From assembly GCA_031370785.1 (NCBI GenBank), contig JANMQY010000067.1, positions 1 to 36,606 of the forward strand: a stretch of DNA of 36,606 nt, given 5' to 3'. This stretch comes from Candidatus Eiseniibacteriota bacterium (GTDB taxonomy: Bacteria; Eisenbacteria; RBG-16-71-46). This document shows positions 17,232 to 26,270 of this stretch, piece by piece. Below the pieces are notes generated by a model. The model saw only the letters and a program-made list of their open reading frames with translations, did no database searches and was not told the DNA's origin. How positions within the stretch are numbered: position 1 is the stretch's first letter; every line of letters starts with the position of its first letter. The position numbers were made by a program, and so were the translations under genes.

Positions 17232-18317
17232 ATGATGATCGACTCCACCGCCTCCGCCGAAATCTCGGATCGCTCCGCCTCGCGCACGGACACCCTGCGC
17301 GTGGCGGTGGTTGGCTTAGGCGCGCGCGGGATCGGGCATGCCACCGCGCTCGCCACGATCCCAGGCTGCGAGCTGGTCGGGCTCGCCGATCCGCGCGGTG
17401 CGGCGCGCCGCAACCTGCGCGGCATGGGCCACACCGCGCCGCGCTACCGCCGGGTCGAGCAGATGCTGGAGAAGACCTCGCCGCAGGCGGTGTTCGTCAG
17501 CGCGCCCCTGCCCGCGCGCGCAGCACTGGCGCGGACCGCGCTCGAGCAGGGCTGCGCGGTGTTCCTCGAGCGCCCGATGGCGACCACCGCGGAGCAGGGA
17601 GCGGAGCTGGTCGCGCTCGCCGCCGAACAGGGCATGCCGCTGGCCGTGGCGCATACGCTGGCCTTCGAGCCGGTGTTCGATGCGGCTCGCCGTGCGATCT
17701 CGTCCGGTGCACTCGGCAAGCTGTCCGAGGCGCGCGCCTCGATGTACGCCTCGCGCGTGTTCAGCGCACGCGAAGCGACGCGCTACGCCCACGGCGCCGC
17801 AGGCGGCGTACTCGCGCACATGAGCGTCGACCTGCTGTTCGTGCTCGGCCGGATGTTCGGCACTCCGGTCGAAGTGCGCGCCACCGCGAGCCGCCTCTAC
17901 GGCACGCTCGAGGACGAGCTTCACGCCATGATGACGACCGAGGGCGGCGCCGAAGTCGGGTTCGACTCCTCGTGGAGCGTGCCGGGACATCCGTATCCCG
18001 CCACCGTGATCGAGCTGGCCGCCGAGCGCGGGCACCTGCTGGTCTCGGACGACGCGCTCGAGCTGGACCTGTCCGAGCCGAGCGGGGGTTTCCCCGCGGG
18101 AAGCACACTCCGCCGCATCGCGGACCTGCCGCAGCCGGCGCGCTTCGATGTGAGCGGCGAGGCGCGCTGGCTCGAAGACGCAGCGTTCGTCGCGTGGGTC
18201 GCGGGCGGATCGGCGCCTTTCAACACCGGCGAGGCCGCGCTTCAGACCCAGCGCGTGATGGAGGCACTCTATGAGTCCGCGGCCGCAGGCGGCACGAGCG
18301 TGAGCGTGGCGCGATGA
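17232..18317 (+). CDS. Gfo/Idh/MocA family oxidoreductase (atypical catalytic motifs)
   Basis: LRVAVVGLGARG Rossmann motif, LERPMA, GGVLAHMSVD; start uncertain. Confidence 0.82.
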   Translation: MMIDSTASAEISDRSASRTDTLRVAVVGLGARGIGHATALATIPGCELVGLADPRGAARRNLRGMGHTAPRYRRVEQMLEKTSPQAVFVSAPLPARAALARTALEQGCAVFLERPMATTAEQGAELVALAAEQGMPLAVAHTLAFEPVFDAARRAISSGALGKLSEARASMYASRVFSAREATRYAHGAAGGVLAHMSVDLLFVLGRMFGTPVEVRATASRLYGTLEDELHAMMTTEGGAEVGFDSSWSVPGHPYPATVIELAAERGHLLVSDDALELDLSEPSGGFPAGSTLRRIADLPQPARFDVSGEARWLEDAAFVAWVAGGSAPFNTGEAALQTQRVMEALYESAAAGGTSVSVAR

Positions 18318-19165
18318 AGCGCACTTTCGCCGCGCCGCGCCTGCTGCTCGGCGCCCGCTCACTGAGCGGGGTTTCGCGCGCCACCCGCGATCGGATGATC
18401 GAGCTGGCCGCGCGCTATCACGGGCCCGAGTCGCTGGCGGTGACGCTCTCCAAGGCGCTGGATGCGGGCGCCGAGGGTATCCTCGCCACGCCGGGTCCGG
18501 GGCTACGGGCCGCGCTGCGCGAGCTCAAGCGCACCGTTCCGATCGCCGCGGTGCTGCCGGTGCTCGACGAGCACGAACGCCGCGAGGTGGAGCCCTCACT
18601 CGAGGCGCTGATCCGCGAGCGCTTTCCCCAGGCCGGGTTTGCCGCAAAGTGGCGCGCGAGGTTCGCGGGGCTTGGGGCTGGCGGCGACTGGAGCCGGCTC
18701 GTGCCCAAGCTGATTGAGCTCGAGTCGGGCGCGGTGCGGCGGCGCGAGCTGTGCGCGGTGGTGCTGGCCGAGCCGATCGCGGACTGCGCGCTCGCGACCG
18801 GACACTCGAGGCTGTTCGCGCGATTCATCAAGTTCGTGCACGGGCGCTTTCGCGTCCCGGCAGGGATCGAGACCTGCAATCTGGGCGTGTTGCTGTCCAG
18901 TCTCGCCGAGTGGGAGATCGCGCCCGACTTCATCGTGGGTCCGGTCAACCCCGCGGGGCTCGGCATGAAGCCCGACCGCGACACGCTGCTCGCCGCGCTA
19001 CGCCGCTCGCCGGTGCCGGTGCTGGCGACCGAGCTGCGCGCGGGCGGCACGGTGCCTCTCGCCGAAGGCGCGCGCTTCGCGCTCGAGAGCGGCGCCCGCG
19101 GTCTGGTGCCCGACCTGGTGGATTTCGAAGACGTGGCGGGCGAGCTCAAGACGCTCGCCGGCTGA
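18314..19165 (+). CDS. Hypothetical alpha/beta (possibly TIM-barrel) protein translationally coupled to the oxidoreductase
   Basis: ATGA overlap; plausible codon usage; no motif recognised with certainty. Confidence 0.65.
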   Translation: MKRTFAAPRLLLGARSLSGVSRATRDRMIELAARYHGPESLAVTLSKALDAGAEGILATPGPGLRAALRELKRTVPIAAVLPVLDEHERREVEPSLEALIRERFPQAGFAAKWRARFAGLGAGGDWSRLVPKLIELESGAVRRRELCAVVLAEPIADCALATGHSRLFARFIKFVHGRFRVPAGIETCNLGVLLSSLAEWEIAPDFIVGPVNPAGLGMKPDRDTLLAALRRSPVPVLATELRAGGTVPLAEGARFALESGARGLVPDLVDFEDVAGELKTLAG

Positions 19166-19279
19166 GAGATTCGCCCGCGTTTCGCGGGCGCGCGCGTCCG
19201 ATTGCACCCGTGCGCGCGGGTGTGCCAATCTCCGCCCGCCATCTATCGGACCCTCACCTACCTCATTCACGGAGGCATC

Positions 19280-20899
19280 ATGTTCGCACTCGCGGCCCGC
19301 CGGCGGCGCGATCTACGCGTCGCAGTTCATGGGGTGCTCGTGCTCGTGTCGTGTGCGTGTGTGTCGGCGCCCGCGCTGGCGAAGGGCATCGTGAAGAACA
19401 CGAAGGCCCTGCCCGCGAAGAGCTCTGGCATGATTCACACCGGGCTCGAGACGCTCGAATCGCAGGTGAGGGACTTCACTCTTCCCAACGGACTCAAGTT
19501 CATCGTGGTCGAGCGTCACGAGTCGCCGGTGTTCAGCTTCAACACGGTGGTGAACGCCGGCTCCGCGAACGACGCGGTCGGCACCACCGGAATCGCGCAC
19601 ATGATGGAGCACATGGCGTTCAAGGGCACCGAGCTCGTGGGCACGAAGGACTTCGCGGCCGAGGTTCCGCTGCTCGCCGGCGAGGAGCGCGCGTGGGACG
19701 CGTATCTCGCCGAGCGCCGGAAGGGAACCAGAGCGGACAGCTCGAAGCTGGCCAGGCTGAGCACCGATCTCAAGGACGCGCAGGAAGCCTCGCGCCGTCC
19801 GGTCGACTCGAACGGCTACACCCGCACCATCGAACAGAACGGCGGACAGGGCGTGAACGCGTTCACCTCGAACGACATCACCTCCTACTTCTACTCGATT
19901 CCGAGCAATCGACTCGAGCTGTGGTCGCTGCTCGAAGGCGGACGCGTCGCGCATCCGGTGTTCCGCGAGTTCTACAAGGAGCGCGACGTGGTCTACGAGG
20001 AGCGGCGCATGCGCGTCGAGTCCTCGCCGATCGGGCGAATGATCGACGAATTCATCCACGCCTCGTACACCGCGCATCCGTACGGCTTCGGCGGCATCGG
20101 CTTCCCCTCCGACCTGACCTCGTTCTCGCGCACGCAGGGCGAGGACTTCTACCGCCGCAACTACGTCGCGAAGAACATGGTGGTCGCGGTGGTCGGCGAC
20201 GTGACGCTTCCCGAGGTGAAGACCTACGCTCAGAAGTACTGGAGCGATATCAGCGACGCCCCGGCGCCCTCGCCGCTCGACACCGTCGAGCCCGAGCAGA
20301 AGGCCGAGCGCCGCGTGATCCTCGAGGACAAGGCCCAGCCGTTCCTGATTGCGGGCTGGCACTGTCCCGCCGCGACCGATCCCTCGTATCCCGCGTACGA
20401 GGCGCTGGGGAGCCTGCTCGCCGGCGGAAACTTCGCCCGGCTGACCAAGCTGCTGGTGAAGGAGAAGAAGGTCGCGGTGCAGGTCGTGGCGAGTCCGGGA
20501 TTCCCGGGGCAGAAGTATCCCAATCAGTTCGTGATCTTCGTGGTTCCGGCCGCGGGGCAGAACGCGCTCGAGGTCGAGAAGATGGTCTACGACGCCCTGG
20601 ATGAGATCGCGACGAAGAAGCCATTCACGCAGGAGGAGCTGGACGGCTACAAGGTGCGCACGCGCGCCTCGCTGGTCGGCTCGGTGCGCTCGAACCGGGC
20701 GCTGGCCAGCTCGCTCGCCGAGGCGCAGACCTTCTATGGCGACTGGCACGAGTTCTTCCGGGGTCAGGAGCGGGTGCAGGCGCTCACCGTGGATGATGTG
20801 ATGGGCGCGATGAAGCGCACGCTGGTGCGCTCCAACCGCACGGTGGGCGTCATCGTTCCGCCCGCAACCGAAACCGCCGCCAACGCGGGAGGGCGCTGA
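19280..20899 (+). CDS. M16B (pitrilysin-family) zinc peptidase, active subunit, secreted
   Basis: TLPNGL, GIAHMMEHMAFKGT (HxxEH), VNAFTSND, ERDVVYEERRMR, HPYG; GGAGG RBS before ATG 19280. Confidence 0.93.
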   Translation: MFALAARRRRDLRVAVHGVLVLVSCACVSAPALAKGIVKNTKALPAKSSGMIHTGLETLESQVRDFTLPNGLKFIVVERHESPVFSFNTVVNAGSANDAVGTTGIAHMMEHMAFKGTELVGTKDFAAEVPLLAGEERAWDAYLAERRKGTRADSSKLARLSTDLKDAQEASRRPVDSNGYTRTIEQNGGQGVNAFTSNDITSYFYSIPSNRLELWSLLEGGRVAHPVFREFYKERDVVYEERRMRVESSPIGRMIDEFIHASYTAHPYGFGGIGFPSDLTSFSRTQGEDFYRRNYVAKNMVVAVVGDVTLPEVKTYAQKYWSDISDAPAPSPLDTVEPEQKAERRVILEDKAQPFLIAGWHCPAATDPSYPAYEALGSLLAGGNFARLTKLLVKEKKVAVQVVASPGFPGQKYPNQFVIFVVPAAGQNALEVEKMVYDALDEIATKKPFTQEELDGYKVRTRASLVGSVRSNRALASSLAEAQTFYGDWHEFFRGQERVQALTVDDVMGAMKRTLVRSNRTVGVIVPPATETAANAGGR

Positions 20900-20901
20900 C
20901 C

Positions 20902-23085
20902 ATGAACCGCGTTTCCATTCGAATCCGTTTCCGGGTTTCGTCCACGCTCGCCGCGCTGCTGCTCGCGCTCTCCACGCTGCTCGTGTCCGGCGCACCGCCC
21001 GCGCGCGCCGCGCTCGATCCCAAGTTCGATCCGTCGAAGCTGACCATCCCCAAGCTGCATCCGATTCCGGCGTTCAAGCCCACTCGCTACGTCATGCCCA
21101 ACGGCATCGTGGTGTTCCTGCTCGAAGATCACTCGCTGCCGACCGTGTCGCTCAGTATCGCTTCGCGGGCGAGCTCGCTCTGGGACCCGAAGGAGAAGAC
21201 CGGGCTCTCGGGAATCACCGGCGTCGTGATGCGCAGCGGCGGGACGGCGACGCACAGCGGCGACTGGCTCGATGACCGGCTCGCGGCGATCGGCGCATCC
21301 ATCCAGACCAGCATCGGCGTGGATGTCGCCACGGGCAGCTTCTGGTGTCTGACCGAAAACACCGGCGAGGTCTTAGGGCTGTTCGCCGACGTTCTGCGCC
21401 GTCCCGCCTTTCCCGAAGACAAGATCGAACTGTCGCGCGTCGGGGCGCGTCGCGAGATCGCGAGCCGCAATGACGAGATGCTGAACGTGCTGAGGCGGGT
21501 GGCGACGCAGGCGGTGTACGGCAAGGACAGTCCGGAAGGCCGCACCACCGAGTACGCGACCGTCGAGGCGATCCAGCGTGACGATCTGGTCAAGTGCCAC
21601 GCCCAGGCGTTCCAGCCGAACCGGATGTTCCTGACCGTGTACGGCGACTTCAAGAGCGCCGACATGAAGAAACTGCTGGCCACGACTTTGGCAGACTGGA
21701 AGGGAAGCGGCGTGCCCGCGCCAAAGATTCCGGAGCCGGTCACGTCCACCACCAAGCGTCTGGTGTTCGCGCCGAAAGATGATGTGACCCAGGCCGGAAT
21801 CGTGCTCGCCGAGCCGGGATTCAAGATGCTAGAACCCGACTATCCTGAGATGGACATTCTCGAGCAGGCGCTCGGTGGCGGGTTCCAGTCGCGGCTCTTC
21901 AACATCATCCGCACCCAGCGCGGACTCGCGTACGCGGCCGGTGCCGTATCCGGCGCGGGCTACATGAGGCCCGGAGTCTTCCAGGCGTACTCACTCACCA
22001 AGAGCGAGTCCACCATGGTGGCGCTCGACCTGCTCCGCTCCGAAGTCGTGCGAGCGACGCGCGAGCCGTTCACCGAGGATGAGACGCGCATCGCACGCGA
22101 TTCGCAGCTCAACTCGCTGGTATTCCAGTTCGAGCAGCCGAGCCAGGTGCTCGCGCGCATGGCGAGCTACGAGATGGCCGGCTACCCGGCCGACTTCCTG
22201 CAGCGCTATCAGAGCGGCGTCGAGGCGACCACTCCGGCCTCCATGCTGGCCGCGGCGAAACGCCACATCCATCCGGACGCACAGGTGGTGATCATCGTCG
22301 GCAAGGAGAAGGACTTCGACCGTCCGCTCGATGCAATGGGGCTCAGCGTCGAGCGCGTGGACATCACGATTCCGCCGCCGCCTTCCAAGACCGCGACGCT
22401 GGGCGCCGCGACCCCGCAGCAGCTCGCGCGCGGGAAGGCGCTGCTGGCGAAGGCGGCCGACAAGGCGGGCGGCAGCGCCGCGTGGGCCGCGGTCAAGAGC
22501 CTGAGCATGGAGCAGGAGGCGACGGTGAGCATGCAGGGCCAGTCGATCCAGCTCGGCATGACGATGGTGTGGAAACTGCCCGACCGGATGGTGATCACGC
22601 AGAAGCTTCCGATGGGCGAGATGACGCAGGGCTTCGACGGCACGAACGGATGGATGAAGGGTTTCGGCCGGCTCCAGGATCTGCCGGCCAGCGGCATTGC
22701 GAGCTTCAAGCGCCAGTACCTGACCTCGATGTTCCATCTGTTCGGGCACCCGGAAGATCTCGAGGTGCGCGCGCTCGAGGAGCCGAGAGTGGTGGACGGC
22801 ACCAGCTACCAGGTCGCGGCAGTGAAGAGCGACGACGTGCGCGACTGGACGCTCCTGTTCGCACCCGACGGATCGCTCGCGAGAATGGAGCGCCAGAGCG
22901 AGAACCCGCAGATGCCCGGGCTCGAGCTCACCATCTACGACGACTGGCGCGCGGTCGGGACGCTCCGCTATCCGCACGTCGAGAAGGTGGTGGTGGGCGG
23001 CCAGCCGTTCATGGAAGGAAAGGTCGCGAGCCTCAAGCTCAACCCGGAGCTGGACGAGGCGCAGTTCAAGAAGCCGGCGCAGTAG
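20902..23085 (+). CDS. M16B peptidase partner subunit (no HxxEH) with extra ~230-aa C-terminal domain
   Basis: Signal peptide, MPNGIVVFLLEDH, LGGGFQSRLF.IIRTQRGLAY (R/Y pair); C-terminal domain after PPPP linker. Confidence 0.88.
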   Translation: MNRVSIRIRFRVSSTLAALLLALSTLLVSGAPPARAALDPKFDPSKLTIPKLHPIPAFKPTRYVMPNGIVVFLLEDHSLPTVSLSIASRASSLWDPKEKTGLSGITGVVMRSGGTATHSGDWLDDRLAAIGASIQTSIGVDVATGSFWCLTENTGEVLGLFADVLRRPAFPEDKIELSRVGARREIASRNDEMLNVLRRVATQAVYGKDSPEGRTTEYATVEAIQRDDLVKCHAQAFQPNRMFLTVYGDFKSADMKKLLATTLADWKGSGVPAPKIPEPVTSTTKRLVFAPKDDVTQAGIVLAEPGFKMLEPDYPEMDILEQALGGGFQSRLFNIIRTQRGLAYAAGAVSGAGYMRPGVFQAYSLTKSESTMVALDLLRSEVVRATREPFTEDETRIARDSQLNSLVFQFEQPSQVLARMASYEMAGYPADFLQRYQSGVEATTPASMLAAAKRHIHPDAQVVIIVGKEKDFDRPLDAMGLSVERVDITIPPPPSKTATLGAATPQQLARGKALLAKAADKAGGSAAWAAVKSLSMEQEATVSMQGQSIQLGMTMVWKLPDRMVITQKLPMGEMTQGFDGTNGWMKGFGRLQDLPASGIASFKRQYLTSMFHLFGHPEDLEVRALEEPRVVDGTSYQVAAVKSDDVRDWTLLFAPDGSLARMERQSENPQMPGLELTIYDDWRAVGTLRYPHVEKVVVGGQPFMEGKVASLKLNPELDEAQFKKPAQ

Positions 23086-23124
23086 CGCGGGGCGGCGAAA
23101 AGTTTGCCCAAGCGCCGTCGCCGG

Positions 23125-23307
23125 CTAGTAGGCCTGCGTCCAGTCGTGCTGCATGCGGGTGGTGGTGAGGCTCATGCGCCGGCAGGTCTCGAGGAACGCG
23201 CCCGAATTCGGCCACGAGTGCTTGCCGCACGCGCACACCAGGCGCCCGCTCGGCTTCTCGTTCACCTCGCAGATCTTGCCGTCGTGTTCCTTGCACAGTG
23301 GGCACAT
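23125..23307 (-). CDS. 60-aa Cys-rich small protein (putative zinc ribbon)
   Basis: AAGGAG RBS; MCPLCKEHDGKICEVNEKPSGRLVCACGKHSW.. Confidence 0.75.
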   Translation of the reverse strand: MCPLCKEHDGKICEVNEKPSGRLVCACGKHSWPNSGAFLETCRRMSLTTTRMQHDWTQAY

Positions 23308-23378
23308 GACCGCTCTCCTTCGAATGGGGGGTCGGGAGAGTAGCGCAAGCCCGGCGTCGCGCATAACCGGGGGCACGC

Positions 23379-24707
23379 CTACAGCGCCACGCCGGCTTCG
23401 GCGACCAGGTCGCTCGTGATCGCGTTCGCCTTTGCGATGCGCGCGTAGAGGTCCGCACTGCGCGTGCGCGTGCGCGGGAGTGCCGGATCGGAGAAATCGA
23501 CGCGATACAGTCCGAAGCACCCCTTGTAGCCGTCCGCCCACTCGAAGTTATCCATCAGCGACCAGTGCGTGTAACCGATCACGTTGGCGCCGCGGTCGAG
23601 CGCGCGTCCGAGGTGAAGGAGGGAGGCGACCAGCGCGCGCGGACGGAACGTGTCCGTTGCATCGGCGAAGCCGTTCTCGGTGACCAGCACGGGCTTGCCA
23701 AGGCGCGCGACGCGCACCAGCGCCTCCTCGAGGCCACGCGGCCAGATCTCCCACCCCAGATCGGTGCGCGGCGCGCCGGGGCGTGTCACGTGCGGATCGG
23801 GCGCGAACATCTTCACCATCCAGCGCGTGTAGTAGTTGAGCCCGAACCAGTCGAGGCTGTCCTCGAGCGCGGGCACGTGACGCTTGACCGATCGCGCACC
23901 GGGGATGCCGAGCCGGATGTCCCCGGTCACCACCGCCTGCTCGACCGCATCGTTGAAGACCGCGTTTTCGAAATACGCACGCAGCACGTCGAGCGGGAAC
24001 CACGGCCGCGCCGGTTCGAGCTGCGGATGGTGCTTGGCGAATCCGACCCACGCGGCGTGGCCATCGCCGTCGGCGTCGTGGCGATCCTCCTCGTGCAGGA
24101 TCCGGTAGGCGCGCCCGTGCGCCTCGAGCAGGTTCGCCATCACGCACAGCGCCGCGCTCTCGTCGTGCTTCGCCGGCGGCCACACGCCTTCGCTGTAGCT
24201 CCGGAACGCGTACACCTCGGGCTCGTTGATCGTGCACCACCAGTCCACTTCGCCGCCGTACTCGTGGGCGCAGCGCTTCACGAATTCGCAGAAGCACTGG
24301 ATGGTCTCGGAGTTCTCCCAGCCACCCTTGTCCGCGATCCACAACGGATTGGTGAAGTGGTGGAGCGTCACCACGGGTTTCAAGGCATTGCGCGCGAGCG
24401 AGGCGAACACCGCGTGGTAGTGCGCGATCGCCTCGCTGTCGATCCGTCCGCGCTCGGGCTCGATTCGGCTCCATTCGATTGAGAGCCGGTGCAGGTTGTG
24501 GCCGTCGGCGGCGGCGAGCGCGAAGTCTTCGTCGAAGCGCTGGTAGTGGCGGCATGCGTCTCCGCTCACGTCACCAGCGTGGATCTTCCCCGGCATCTGT
24601 TCGAAGCGCCACCAGTCGTTGGCGCGATTGCCGCCCTCGACCTGGTGCGCCGAGGTCGCGGCGCCCCACAGGAACGAGTCGGGAAAGCGGCGCAGCACGG
24701 CGCTCAT
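23379..24707 (-). CDS. Glycoside hydrolase family 1 (beta-glucosidase-like)
   Basis: FLWGAATSAHQVEG, RLSIEWSRI, TINEP (acid/base), VTENG (nucleophile), WSLMDNFEWA. Confidence 0.95.
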   Translation of the reverse strand: MSAVLRRFPDSFLWGAATSAHQVEGGNRANDWWRFEQMPGKIHAGDVSGDACRHYQRFDEDFALAAADGHNLHRLSIEWSRIEPERGRIDSEAIAHYHAVFASLARNALKPVVTLHHFTNPLWIADKGGWENSETIQCFCEFVKRCAHEYGGEVDWWCTINEPEVYAFRSYSEGVWPPAKHDESAALCVMANLLEAHGRAYRILHEEDRHDADGDGHAAWVGFAKHHPQLEPARPWFPLDVLRAYFENAVFNDAVEQAVVTGDIRLGIPGARSVKRHVPALEDSLDWFGLNYYTRWMVKMFAPDPHVTRPGAPRTDLGWEIWPRGLEEALVRVARLGKPVLVTENGFADATDTFRPRALVASLLHLGRALDRGANVIGYTHWSLMDNFEWADGYKGCFGLYRVDFSDPALPRTRTRSADLYARIAKANAITSDLVAEAGVAL

Positions 24708-24808
24708 CGGTCGATCCAGATCGGCATGGGTCCCTCGAGAGAATTGCGCGAGGATAGCAGCGGCGCGCATCGCCTCCAACGGCAGGCTCGTGCTAACTTG
24801 CGCGTCTC

Positions 24809-26089
24809 ATGAGCGACGTCGTCACGCGCGATCCGGACGGAGGGATGTTTCGCGCGCTGCGCCACCGGAACTTCCGCCTGTACTTCTACGGTCAGCTCAC
24901 CTCGCTGATCGGCACCTGGATGCAGAGCGTCGCGCAGGGCTGGTTGATGCACCGGCTCACCGACTCGGCGTTCATGCTCGGCCTGCTCGGCTTCTGCCAG
25001 TTCCTGCCAGTAATGCTGGTCTCGCCCTGGGCCGGCGTGGTGGCCGACCGCGTGGACAAGCGGCGCCTGCTGCTCGTCACGCAGTCGTTCGCGCTGCTCC
25101 AGGCCGTGGCGCTCGCCACGCTGGTGACGCTCGGCGTGGTGAAGCCATGGATGGTCCTCGGGCTGGCGTTCGCGTTCGGCACCTTCAGCGCCTTCGACCT
25201 GCCGGCGCGGCAATCCTTCCTGGTCGAGATGGTGGGCAAGGAGGACCTGTCGAACGGCATCGCGCTCAATTCGATGGCGTTCAACACCGCGCGCGTGATC
25301 GGCCCCGCGATCGCCGGCGTGCTGGTGGCGAGCGTCGGTGAGGCCGGATGCTTCTGGCTGAACTCGATCTCCTACGTGGCGGTGCTGTTCAGCCTGTGGC
25401 GCATCGTCGTGCCGCGGCACGTCGACGAGCGCGGCGCGGGCAGCGCGCTCTCGACGCTGCAGGAAGGCGTCCGCTACGCGTGGAACGTCGGGCCGCTCCG
25501 GAATCTTCTCCTGCTGCTCGGGTTCACCGCCGGGTTCGGATTTCAGTATCAGATCCTGCTGCCGGTCTACACCCGCGACATCCTGCATGCGGGCCCCGGT
25601 GTGTACGGCATGCTGGTCTCGGCGTTCGGGATCGGCTCACTGCTCTCGGCGCTGCTGATGACACGCAAGCTCAACCGCTGGGGGCTGCGCCGCAACCTGC
25701 TCATCGGGCTGACCTCGGGCGGGATCGGGATGGCGGTATTCGCCTGGTCGCGCTGGCTGCCGCTCACGCTGGCGATGGGATTCCTCGCGGGCTTCGGCCT
25801 GATCCTCTACGTCGCGACCACCAACACCATGCTCCAGCTCACCACCGAGGACCGGTTCCGCGGGCGCATCATGAGCTTCTACACCCTGATGTTCGTGGGC
25901 ACCGCTCCGATCGGCGCGCTGGCCTCGGGCTGGATCGCGCAACGCTACGGAGCGCCGGTGGCGACCAGCTTCTCGGCGCTGGTGCTGCTGGGCGGCGCGC
26001 TGTGGATGAGCTATCGCCTGCGCGTGATCGCCGCGCGCGAAGCCGGGGTGCCGCCCCCGGGACCCGGAGCGACCGAGAAGATGGGCTAG
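24809..26089 (+). CDS. MFS transporter (MFS_3/H+ antiporter-like)
   Basis: FRALRHRNFRLY..SLIGTWMQ, GVVADRVDKRR motif A, DLPARQS, ~12 TM segments. Confidence 0.93.
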   Translation: MSDVVTRDPDGGMFRALRHRNFRLYFYGQLTSLIGTWMQSVAQGWLMHRLTDSAFMLGLLGFCQFLPVMLVSPWAGVVADRVDKRRLLLVTQSFALLQAVALATLVTLGVVKPWMVLGLAFAFGTFSAFDLPARQSFLVEMVGKEDLSNGIALNSMAFNTARVIGPAIAGVLVASVGEAGCFWLNSISYVAVLFSLWRIVVPRHVDERGAGSALSTLQEGVRYAWNVGPLRNLLLLLGFTAGFGFQYQILLPVYTRDILHAGPGVYGMLVSAFGIGSLLSALLMTRKLNRWGLRRNLLIGLTSGGIGMAVFAWSRWLPLTLAMGFLAGFGLILYVATTNTMLQLTTEDRFRGRIMSFYTLMFVGTAPIGALASGWIAQRYGAPVATSFSALVLLGGALWMSYRLRVIAAREAGVPPPGPGATEKMG

Positions 26090-26103
26090 CAAGCGCAGCG
26101 CCC

Positions 26104-26270
26104 AGGATGGTGAGGTTGCAGGCGACCGGGGCTCGTGAGTTGGGGCCCGAGACGCGTTGAAGGGCCAGGATGGCCTTTCGACGCCTTCTCGATGAGCGAG
26201 GCGAAGGCAGGATGCCGTAGCCGAGCGTACCCCACTCACGAGTCCCGGCCGCCTGCAACCTCACTTTCCT
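26104..26270. repeat. Structured intergenic element: ~35-bp terminal inverted repeat enclosing AGGAT-loop hairpins (MITE/REP-like or ncRNA)
   Basis: 26110-26145 vs 26230-26264 are reverse complements with 2 mismatches and 1 indel; internal stems; three CAGGATG copies. Confidence 0.7.
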
